A stretch of 60,820 nt of DNA, filler included, from Dirinaria sp. TL-2023a (Eukaryota), in assembly GCA_051941275.1 (NCBI GenBank). It is 9 parts of 9 records of this genome, joined end to end, with 100 filler letters (N's around TTAATTAATTAA, not from the genome) between each part and the next. Parts side by side here need not be neighbours in the genome. Positions count along the whole stretch, not along the records: positions 20,347 to 27,022 come from JAVEBF010001438.1; positions 27,123 to 33,795 come from JAVEBF010001439.1; positions 33,896 to 40,561 come from JAVEBF010001440.1; 6 more parts are not named here. One strand, given 5' to 3'. Of this stretch, positions 25,919-36,189 are shown piece by piece. The position numbers and the translations under genes were made by a program. The first letter of the stretch is position 1. Every line of letters begins with the position of its first letter. The notes under the pieces were generated by a model. The model saw only the letters and a list, made by a program, of their open reading frames with translations, was not told the origin of the DNA and ran no database searches.

Positions 25919-27022
25919 GGAGACTGAGAAGCTGAGGGTTCGACTCGGCTGAGCGATCGCAATTCCCTTCGAAACCCCGACCAGCTTTGTGTAACTCGGC
26001 GATTTCTTTGCTTTGGTGATGGTGTAGCGTTAGCGACGACCATTGGGCCAAGGTACGAGAACCATTTGGGATCCCCGCATCTGCGCGTACAAATGAACGT
26101 GAGCCTTCAGTGACTCGCATCTTCACGGGGCAATAATGCAGCCCGCTTTTTGTTCTCGCTGTGTTTCCTACAATTGATTCTCATTTGATCATCAGCCAGC
26201 GAAGACACAAACAGTAGTGATAGCAGTCTTGACAGCATTGAAGACTACACGGCAGCAGAGGTGCAAACATGAAAATAGCTAGCTTCTTAAGTTCAAGTAT
26301 CTTGATTTTCGTCCGCCGTGGGCGCATCAGCTGGGATCCCAAGAACCATTGCATCTCCTTGCATTTTGCTCCCCCATTGCGCCTCACAATACTAAGTATG
26401 AACAAGAATTTGCAGGGTCAAACGCTGGATTCTCGAGGTTTCGAGAGGCAGTACCGAGGCTCGTCTCAGTGAAGGTTGCGCATTTTAATTTAATATTCAG
26501 GCAAGGCCCTTCGGCCCGTACCTTAGATAAGCTACCATGGCTCCATGGGTAAAGCAAGGAGGCAGCCATGCCACCCACGGTTACCTGAAGAGGGCCTCCT
26601 CAAAAGTCCACCACAACTCCATCAGGCCAGCTTTGAAAAGGAGGGAAAAAAAAAAAAAAAGCCCTCCCCCCTAAAAATCCTCTACTTTTATCAAACCCCT
26701 AACCCCACCAAAGCACTCAACCACTCCTGCAGGAACAGCAACCCTTTTCGCATCGCAGCCCCGCACAGCCAATATCCTCCAGTAGATACCTAATTGTCTG
26801 GATCTTTTAAAACGTCGGCAACAAGATTATGATCAGGAGCCACTTTTTAGCTAGAGATTTCGAAGTAGGGGGATTAAAGGATGAGATGCTGCTGGCGCGG
26901 TTCTGTCTGTAGGAACACGGGATGTGATAGATGCCATGGGATGGGATGAAGGCGGGAATTGATTGGCTACAGTTGGTACGAGGGTTTTAATAGGCGGCGG
27001 GGGCAATGGATTAGGTAGAAGG

Positions 27023-27122
27023 NNNNNNNNNNNNNNNNNNNNNNNNNNNNNNNNNNNNNNNNNNNNTTAATTAATTAANNNNNNNNNNNNNNNNNNNNNN
27101 NNNNNNNNNNNNNNNNNNNNNN
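27023..27122. other. Artificial contig linker
   Basis: N44-TTAATTAATTAA-N44. Confidence 0.98.
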
Positions 27123-27613
27123 GAACCCTTGGGCGATTTCGGCCCGTGTGCCTTCGTATTGCAGCGCGCGCATGGCTTCCAGTTCGACGTTTTCGGTGTC
27201 TACTAGTCTGTGGATTCAGATGAACTTGCTCTTTTCTCCTACCGAATTCTGAAAGGTTCTGGAGACTATTGACTAGGTTTTCTGGGGGAGAGGGCGCCGA
27301 GTTGGGAGATAAGGCACGTACCATCGCCACCGTCTTCGAGGGAGGTCATAAATAAGGGAGTGCGGTTCATCATGGATAGGATTTCTGAGCGGGAATGTGC
27401 GCGGACCGACTCCATCTGAGGAGGCATCGCCGGCAGTGGTGCGTTGCCATCGTGCGACTTTGCGGGCAGAGGAAAGGGCGTCGATGTGCCAGCTGCGGCT
27501 TCAAGGGAGGGTTGTGGTCTGTCCGAGGGCGGAGGAGGGTTAAGATTGATGGCCGCGTCGAAGTCATCAGGAAGTTCTTCTATGCGCGACATGGCTGGCT
27601 TGTCCTGGGTCAT
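27123..27613 (-). CDS. CNS1: Hsp70/Hsp90 TPR co-chaperone Cns1/TTC4, 5' part (truncated by contig end)
   Basis: PAMPPQMESVR...MNRTPLFMTSLE, intron 27321-27200, then DTENVELEAMRALQYEGTRAEIAQGF, matching the Cns1 N-terminal region. Confidence 0.85.
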
Positions 27614-28123
27614 TGGTTAAGTGAATGTATCTAATGCACATGAAATGCGTAGACAGAAATTACCAGATGAGGTACAAGCCAACCTAAGCTCGATCGAGGT
27701 TTCCGCATCAGTTCGTTCAATGCAGCGCCTTTGCAGCCCAATTTCCTTTTTCGGTCACCGGTTCTGCAAGCTCACGTGACTGGTTTGGTAGAATCAATCC
27801 AGATATCTAAGAAGTGCCTTACCGTAGGTCCATTAGCTATACGAGGGTACGATCTCTGCAGTAAGGAGGGTATCACAGGATCTTGACCGCTGCAAGCATG
27901 CGCTGGATATTCCGGCATTTGGATGCGCACAATCACGGAACAATAATAGATAATCAGTTTTTGAAATTTTGAATTGGTCTTTCGATTGCAACTGTACTAC
28001 AGTACTAGAATAATCTATTCATCGCTAAGTCCGCAACTTTTAACATGCAGCCATACCTTCGTGAGCCATTTGTCGCCCACAACGCCGTTTGTGAGGAGCT
28101 TGCAAAGTGGAAACATGGGTGAT

Positions 28124-28663
28124 TTAGTCGACCTCTTCCACAGTAGGCCCGTCATCATGTCCACCACCTGGCGCACCGCCAGCACCAGGGAATCCACCAC
28201 CAGGCATACCTCCACCCATTCCGCCAGGCATGCCTCCCATACCACCGGGCATCCCACCAGGCATCCCGCCCTCGCCGCCAGAGCCGTACATCTTCATCAT
28301 GATAGGATTGGCAACACCCTCGAGACGCTTCTGTTCCGATTCGTATTCCTCGGTTGTGGCGGTTTGGTTGTCATCAAGCCATGCAACAGTTGTGTCAATC
28401 TCCTTCTTGAGGGTCTCCTTGTCGCTGGCATCGAGCTTCTCGTCAACCTTGGAGTCGGAGATGGTGTTACGGAGTGAGTAGGCGTAAGATTCCAAACCGT
28501 TCTTGGCTGAGATACGGCCGGCCTCGGCTTCGTCCTCGGCTTTGTACTTCTCGGCCTCAGCCAACATACGCTCGATCTCCTCTTTCGACAAGCGACCCTT
28601 GTCATTGGTGATGACGATCTTGTTGGTCTTGCCGGTGCCCTTTTCCAATGCTGAAACGTTCAT

Positions 28664-28696
<33 letters not shown>

Positions 28697-30168
28697 AATC
28701 TGTGGGACACCACGTGGTGCCGGGGGGATTCCAGAGAGTTCGAATTTGCCCATTAGGTTATTGTCCTTTGTACGAGCACGCTCACCTTCAAAGACTTGGA
28801 TGAGCACACCAGGTTGGTTGTCGGAGAAAGTAGAGAAGACTTCGGATTTCTTGGTGGGGATGGTGGTGTTACGCTTGATGAGTGCAGTCATGACACCACC
28901 AGCGGTCTCGATACCCAACGATAATGGCGCAACGTCCAGCAACAGGATTTCGTTAGTGGATTTTGAGGAGGTATCGCCAGAGAGAATGGCAGCTTGGACA
29001 GCAGCACCGTAGGCAACTGCTTCGTCGGGATTGATGGATTTGTTGGGTTCCTTGCCATTGAAAAAGTCGGAAACGAGTTTCTGGATCTTGGGGATACGGG
29101 TAGAGCCACCGACGAGGACGATTTCGTGGACCGAGGACTTGTCGATCTTAGCGTCTCGGAGAACGCGCTCAACTGGCTCCATGGTGGAGCGGAAGAGGTC
29201 CTGGCAGAGTTCCTCGAATCGGGCGCGAGTGATGGACGTGTAGAAGTCAATGCCTTCATAGAGGGAGTCGATCTCGATGGAGGTTTGTGCGGATGAGGAA
29301 AGAGTACGCTTGGCGCGCTCACAAGCGGTACGGAGACGACGTAGAGCACGGGCATTGGAGGAAAGATCTTTCTTATGCTTTCTCTTGAACTCATTGACAA
29401 AGTGGTTGACCAGGCGGTTGTCGAAGTCCTCGCCTCCCAAATGGGTGTCACCAGCAGTCGACTTGACCTCGAAGATACCCTCTTCAATGGTAAGGAGAGA
29501 GACATCGAAAGTGCCTCCGCCCAAGTCGAAGATCAGCACATTCCGCTCGCCCTCAGTCTTCTTGTCAAGACCGTAAGCGATAGCAGCCGCAGTGGGTTCG
29601 TTGATGATACGGAGAACGTTCAAGCCCGCAATAAGCCCGGCGTCTTTGGTCGCTTGGCGTTGGGAGTCGTTGAAGTAGGCTGGAACAGTTACGACGGCAT
29701 TGTTAACCGTACCACCGAGATACGATTCAGCGGTCTCGCGCATCTTGGTCAAGACCATGGACGAGATTTCTTCCGGGGTAAAAGATTTATTTTCGCCCTT
29801 GAACTCGACAGTGATGAGTGGCTTGCCGGCCTTCTCGACCACCTTGAAGGGGAAGTGCTTCATGTCGGCCTGGACCTCAGCGTCGTTGAATTTACGCCCA
29901 ATGAGGCGCTTGGCGTCGAAGACGGTGTTGCTTGGGTTCATGGCGACTTGATTCTTGGCCGAGTCACCAATCAAGCGTTCGGTGTCGGTGAACGCCACGA
30001 AGGACGGAGTCGTACGGTTGCCTTGGTCATTGGCGATGATCTCAATTCGGTCATCCCTATAGTGCGAGGAAGTTAGTCTATAGTCATTCAACCGGGAGTT
30101 TGGGGAAGACTTATTATGCCAACACAGCTGTAGGTGGTACCCAAATCGATACCTATGGCTGGTGCCAT
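28124..30168 (-). CDS. HSP70: Cytosolic Hsp70 (SSA type), 2 exons, AT-AC intron at 30114-30062
   Basis: [54 protein letters not shown] repeats; C-terminal GPTVEEVD. Confidence 0.97.
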
Positions 30169-30312
30169 TTTGTAGGGAGGTCAACGGTTGTAAACTTTTG
30201 GGCAGGAGGAGAGTAAGTGTCAATTATGGAGCGAGTGAGGAGGTGAGTTCTGGTGTGAAAAGAATAGTTGATTGAAGAAAGTGGGAAGAGGATTGTGGGT
30301 TGTGGAGGTGCG

Positions 30313-30382
30313 ATTTAAGTACATGTAGGCAGTCGAAAAGAAGCAACTAGAAGCTCCTGGAATTGGCTGGAAGTACGGCGAA
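30313..30382 (-). promoter_or_regulatory. Hsp70 promoter: step-type heat-shock element array plus TATA-like box
   Basis: GAA at 30340, 30350, 30360, 30370 and 30380 (exact 10-bp period), about 170-215 bp upstream of the ATG; TACTTAAAT at about 30321-30313. Confidence 0.65.
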
Positions 30383-31534
30383 CCACAACACTAATTGACG
30401 CCCAACAACATCAAAACTATTGTACCTTACTGTACTGAATCCGACTCAACCAGACAGCAGCCGAGAGCGATAGAAACTGGCCGAATCAGCAGAAACTAGA
30501 CGTAGTGTTGGTCGAAACCAGAGGAAAGTATCGATGCTGGATTCGGTTCTTCTCTTCTTCCTTCTATGCCCCTCTGCTCCTCCTCTCCGGCTTCCACGTC
30601 ATAACCAAGGAGTTTTGCCAAGTCTCGCTTAGATAAGAGGATTGTTGACACGCTAGAAGATAAGATACGATCTATTGCAGGACTCCCTCGAACAGACAGC
30701 GCGTTCAGTCTTCAGTTTATTATTACTGGTGGCAATCCCATCGGAAAATTGTTCACAACGCTTTGCAGTGCTTACTTAGAATGTACATAGCATTCTCTGA
30801 TTGGCCGATGCGTGTCGCATTATAACATGAAAACAGAATGAGACGCTATTTGAAGCGCTACAGCTTTGGAGCTCGTCTCAGATAATCGTTGTTTCTGCCT
30901 CATTCTGGAACATTTTGAAGGCTGGCGTGAACCTGATCAGGACTTTGCTATCTTCAGGAAAGATGAGATTGGTCTCGGCTACACCGTGGAGACTTCATCA
31001 AGTCTGTTAAGAAATCTTTAAAAGCGAATTCTTTCAGACCTCGCCGCCCGTCGTCTGTCTCTTCTTGCTGTCATGGTCATCTCTTGCGGCTCCGTATCAA
31101 TCAAAGAAAGCTTTTTGACGCGCGAAGATAAGATCCACTGCATCTGTGTTTCCAGTCTGCCATTCGACGTGTGCAGAGTGAGGACGGCAAGCATGGCAAT
31201 ATTGCGCGTCACGCGCCTTGAAGGTTATGCGCTTTTCATTCAGTACCTCGGATAGCGCATAGACTTTAAATAGCCCGATGATGCGTTTGGCTCTTGACAA
31301 GCGGTTCATGACGAGCCGTGTTTGCCCTTTTCAAAAGAACTATATTTCTTCGTTGAATTCATTTGCAATTGACAGTCTACTTCTATCAGTGGCGGAGTAA
31401 CTGGCGCAGTTAGATCAATACGGTGCACCTCGTCCTTAGCTGTTCCACTGAATTGCGCGGGCTTATCATCCTCGTTCAATCTACACAGGCTACTTCGTTC
31501 TTGCGTTCGAAAGCCCGCTCTTGCCCAGAAAGAT

Positions 31535-32242
31535 ATGATACGACCTCTGCTCTTCTCCACGGCTGCGTGGGTGTATTTAGCGACCATTGGTTCCGCGCAC
31601 CCGGTAAATGGTGGATGCGTCAATACATGGGATTCGTGGGGGGTCGCCTGTGTTCCTTTGAGGAAATGTGACAATGCGCCAAATGTCGTTCTCGGAACGT
31701 AAGTTGAAGGCTATGTTCGTTGAATTTTAATCGCTCTGCTCGAAAATTTTCTTTTCCCGCCACAAGGCTTACAAGACTCATCTTCGGACAGGATGTATAA
31801 TCCTAAATCACGTGTCAAAGCCAGACATCTTCAAACCCGAGAAGACTCGGCCACGTGGTGGTGCCAGATCGGCTCAGAGACGTATGTGGAGCTAGAGACG
31901 GAGCCCAGCCCACGTTTCGCCGCGTCAGCAGTCGACGTCTCTAATTTGATAGACAATTCGATAACAGCTATCAAGAATCACATAAACAGTGTAGGAGATG
32001 GCGTCGTTGGAAAGCCTTATGATCAGACGATAGCGTCGTCTCTTTACCCAACACAGGTATATCTTGAGCTGACAGCGTCCGATGCGAACAACCACAACCT
32101 TACCTACGGCGTTTTGGGCGCAGCACTTGAAGCAGTGAAGGATTATATGAGCCTTCCCTCTATACATTTCGGGTTGGTTAAGTTCAAAATATATGATGGA
32201 GAAAACCAAACTGGAGAAGCTAGCATTGACGAAATATTGTGA
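31535..32242 (+). CDS. Small secreted protein (2 exons), same family as 561..1152
   Basis: Signal peptide MIRPLLFSTAAWVYLATIGSAHP; intron 31699-31791 (GTAAGT...CAG) joins in frame to MYNPK...; motif NLTYGVLGAALEAV...FKIYDGENQTGEASI. Confidence 0.75.
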
Positions 32243-33065
32243 CCTCAGGAAATCCATGACATATAAGTCCATAACATTCAGGCACGACTCGCCAAGATAG
32301 ACACATCAGATGAATCTATGGAACCAAGAACCGAAAAAGAAAAGAAAACGCAAGAAACCTTTGCCTGAATCGCGAGTGGTAAATCTGAGCTTGAAGCAGC
32401 ATTCCAATTTCAATGTGCAGGCATGAAAGATAGCCCCAAGTAAGGGTGCTGTTCGAGTTGCGATCGAGAAACACAACTATGTCAAGCTATACCTCTAATG
32501 AGAGGCTGACACCATAAATACTAGCTTGCTAGACGACGGTTGGTACTACGATAAGTACTACGGTACTTATCAGAGTGTCAAGCTCCGGTTTCCAGCGCTA
32601 AGACTCCGAGTATGGATCCGGGGGTTCCGTTGCCTTTATCAAACTAGCAAAGCCACTATTCAAGTAAATACGATACTCGAGAGCATCGTTCAATAATTTA
32701 GGATGGCTCAAAGTCATCTTCAACCTGGACAGAATTGCAGGAATAGATAGACTGGATGCCTTCCATGGATAAAGCCATGCTTACAATGTTCTTCCATCAA
32801 CGCTGGAGCCATCCCAACCCAGATTTACTATTCTTACACCAATCACTTTACATAGCTGGGGTTCGGAGAATTTGTACCATCGATTGAGTTGTGACGTGTA
32901 TTATGATAGGCTTCTCGTAAAGAAACAAAGGCCGAGCAGTAGCCCGTAGATTCCAATTCCGCCCTTTATATCGAGTCATAGCCAACGCTGCAAAGGTTTC
33001 ACATCGTATAAAGACCCTCCGCGGCACCTCGACCAGGCTCTTTTGGACCCTCTGAAACTTGCTCC

Positions 33066-33671
33066 TCAACCCTCTAACTCTCCCCCCTCCATAGGCTCCC
33101 ACGGCCTATCCACCAACCACCTCCTCTCCTCCCAAACCTCCTCACTATTGCGCGCGGCCCTTAAAGCTTCTTCTTTCAGCGCATACCGCTTCCTGACGGC
33201 CTCCTCCCTAGCCTCATCGCTCATTCTCCCCTGGTTGGTCCGCATACACCACCAAAAATCGTTCCACAGCGGCGAACAATTCCTCAGCCCGCCGTACCTA
33301 TACACGCTGGCCAATTGGCCCCCGAAAGACTGGCAGTGGAACGCCATGTCGAAGATCGATCGGCAGGAGACTTTGTAGGGGAGGGTGTGCTCCGGTAATA
33401 ATGGTTCGGCTGCGTCGGGGTCGGGGTTTGAATCTGGGATTGCAATTGGATTGTAGCTTTCGTTTAGAGGTTGTGATTGTGAATGGTTGGAGGAGAGGAA
33501 GTCGCCGATATCTGCTTCGGCGTTTTCATCGTGTGTGGGAGATTTGGTGATTGGGCTTTCGGGGGTGAAGGCGGATTGCGTGAGAGGGGGGGCCTGCTCG
33601 GAGGGAGTGGAGTTGGAAGATGGATCCGGCGCGGAAGATGATTCATGAGAGGAGCTCCATAGCCATCCCAT
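33066..33671 (-). CDS. EMI1: Emi1/DUF3128 family protein
   Basis: MGWLW start; SCRSIFDMAFHCQSFGGQLASVYRYGGLRNCSPLWNDFWWCMR (twin Cx9C/Cx10C-like); SEEVWEER. Confidence 0.85.
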   Translation of the reverse strand: MGWLWSSSHESSSAPDPSSNSTPSEQAPPLTQSAFTPESPITKSPTHDENAEADIGDFLSSNHSQSQPLNESYNPIAIPDSNPDPDAAEPLLPEHTLPYKVSCRSIFDMAFHCQSFGGQLASVYRYGGLRNCSPLWNDFWWCMRTNQGRMSDEAREEAVRKRYALKEEALRAARNSEEVWEERRWLVDRPWEPMEGGELEG

Positions 33672-33795
33672 TGCCAAGGGCCGGTAGCTGGAAGTTTACA
33701 ATGTATAGAGCTATCGAGCAATCGAACGAGGACGCGATAGAGAGACTCGGTAAAACCTCGGCTAAAAGGGTCTGTAGGGCTAAGGTCGGTAAGGT

Positions 33796-33895
33796 NNNNN
33801 NNNNNNNNNNNNNNNNNNNNNNNNNNNNNNNNNNNNNNNTTAATTAATTAANNNNNNNNNNNNNNNNNNNNNNNNNNNNNNNNNNNNNNNNNNNN
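33796..33895. other. Artificial contig linker
   Basis: N44-TTAATTAATTAA-N44. Confidence 0.98.
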
Positions 33896-34045
33896 GTTGT
33901 CGACTTCAGCAAACAGGTTTTGATGGATCGCGTTCGGGAGCCATGGGAGCCAGAGGGAGGTGGTGAAGGGGAGAGAAGCGAATTGCGCGCTGGTTGCATG
34001 GAGGAAGAGCAGGAGCGTGCTCAGAATGAGGGTGGGGAGGAACAT
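33896..34045 (-). CDS. 5' fragment of a secreted protein (truncated by contig end)
   Basis: Clear signal peptide MFLPTLILSTLLLFLHATSAQ; frame open to the contig edge. Confidence 0.55.
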
Positions 34046-34602
34046 GATAGGATTTTACTGCTGGTCAGAGTGGGAAAAGGTGGGTAAGTAGGTACTGAGA
34101 GGGGGATTGGAATGGGCAGAGGTTCACGAGGCAGAGGAAGGAGAGTTAAGTGCGAACTTTTTGCTTGGGGCTGTGCGTGAAAAGGGTCGTATTGATGGTG
34201 TTATTCATTGTATGATGAATGATTCTGCGCCTCGTGCTACCTTGGACTGTTCCGAGTTGTGTTGATGACTTGGTTGATATGATGTTAGGACCTTGTCACG
34301 CATGTGACAAGTTGATGTCACATCGAAATCTAGAGAAACGATATGAAACCGACGATAGAAGGTTTGAGGAGAGACATTGAAGACCGTGAGTACTCGAACT
34401 TTATATATGGGGCCGTTAATCTCTGCAGGGGGGAATGAAGCTGGTTAACAAGTGAAGTGCTCATTGCGTTGCATATTGAGGCCGTCAATCAATTCCACCC
34501 AACGCGTGCCAGACATTTTCTCCACTAACAGCAAGCTAAAAAGTGGTTCAAGGCAAGCAAACTTGTTCACCTTCTTCTCACTTTGAATGGCAACATGAAA
34601 AC

Positions 34603-36189
34603 TCACTTGATCTGAAATCTGACCCCGTTCGCATACCTCTTTGGCTCGGCAATCAGCATATCGCTATAGACATCGACGTCTTCCCTTGTAGTCTCGTACA
34701 CTTCCAGATCGAATCTTGTGCAGATCTGAGAGATCATAATATACAATTCAGCCCAAGCGAGATTGATGCCGGCACACTGTCTCGAGCCTTTGGAAAAGGG
34801 CACTAGATACTTTTCTAGCCGCTGCCTCTCATCTGGATCAACCCAACGCTCGGGAATGAAGTCGAACGGTTGCGGGTAGATGTCCGGATTCTGATGGATC
34901 AGTGTCGACGTCATAGCTACTGGAGTCCCCTTCGGAATCTCCCAATCCTGGAAATAGATACTACGGTCAGGCGCGACGCGCGCAAGACGGGTCGTCACTC
35001 CATTGCTCAGTCGCAAGGTTTCCATAATCACAGACGTGAGGTATGGAAGCTGTTCGAGCTCGTGCAGTTTTACGGGCTCATGCGGATCCGGCATTACTTC
35101 TCTGATCTCAGCCCGAAGTCTTTCCAGCTTGTCGGGGTTGACTGTAAGATGATACATAGCCACCGTGAGTGCCCAGGCCGAGGTAACCGCGCCAGCACCC
35201 AGGACAGCCGCGGCTTCTCCTTCGAGACGTTTGGGTGACTTCTCCGTTGGGGGCAGATCGGAGTGTATGATCTCGTAAAAAATGGTTGAGTGCTCCTTCT
35301 CCTCGTATTTCTGACCATCGGTCTCGCTCAACATTTTCTGAGCAATTGCGTAGCAGTTTCTGAAGAAATCCAACAACATCTTTGACTTTGGGTCCATCCA
35401 AATGACCACTTTGTCTGGCAAGCTCCTCATGATTTCAATGACGGGTGGGAACATCTTCTGCAAGTAGCCCATCTCTCCAAACGCTCGTTCCAACTCGCGG
35501 AAGTCGCTACTCCATCCAGGATGGTCCAGGTAGCCGAAGCTCGTATCCAGCGAATACTCGGTGATAACATCCATGGTGAAGGCATCAAAGGCACACTCGA
35601 ATGGTATCGCCTCGCCCGTGCCTCGGCATTTTTCAAACTTGGTGCAGAGCTTGTCAGCTAAACGCTGGATGACGGGCTGTAGTACTGCCACTTTCTGTTT
35701 GGAGAAGAAGGGATTGATGGCTGCTCGTCGGAGGCGATGGAGATCGTGATCGATTGTTCCGAAGCCTGCGACGGTGTTTCCCAACGAGTTCACGTAATAC
35801 GGATTCTTTTCCCATTTGCCTTTATTGTTATATAGGCTGTCGTAATAATCGGGATCATTGATATGAAGTTCAGAGGGGTTAATTCGAATGATCGGTCCTA
35901 AAGTTTGGGTGGACATCAGTTCAGCATATTACGTGAAGAGGCGCAGGCGAGGAGACTGACCATATTGAGCATGTAAATCTCCTATCTTGAAGGTGTATTT
36001 ACCCCGTTTCACGACATCGTAGTACCCTTCATACAGGTAGGTCGCCGCAGCTAATTTCGGACCTGGTATCTTTGCAATCGGGCTAAAGTACAGCCTGTAA
36101 ACAATAAGCACAGCAAGATAGAGAACATAGATAACGAAAAACGCCGCCGCGAAAAAGGCGACGCGCTCGCTGGAGATCAATTCAAACAT
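34603..36189 (-). CDS. Cytochrome P450 (trichodiene-oxygenase-like clan), 2 exons
   Basis: TM anchor, [24 protein letters not shown]-helix GAGAVT, ETLR, PERW and heme motif [10 protein letters not shown]; intron at about 35960-35899. Confidence 0.93.

Noticed and set aside
28230..30076. Long plus-strand ORFs antisense to Hsp70
   Set aside because: Antisense ORFs are a known by-product of Hsp70 codon bias, and these have no independent coding features.
30062..30114. U12-type (minor) intron or stwintron in Hsp70
   Set aside because: There is no ATATCCTT donor or CCTTAAC branch, and 53 nt is too short to hold two nested introns.
30169..30223. 699-aa Hsp70 ORF starting at TTG 30223
   Set aside because: Its N-terminus lacks the essential GIDLGTTYS motif, which lies in another frame starting at ATG 30168.
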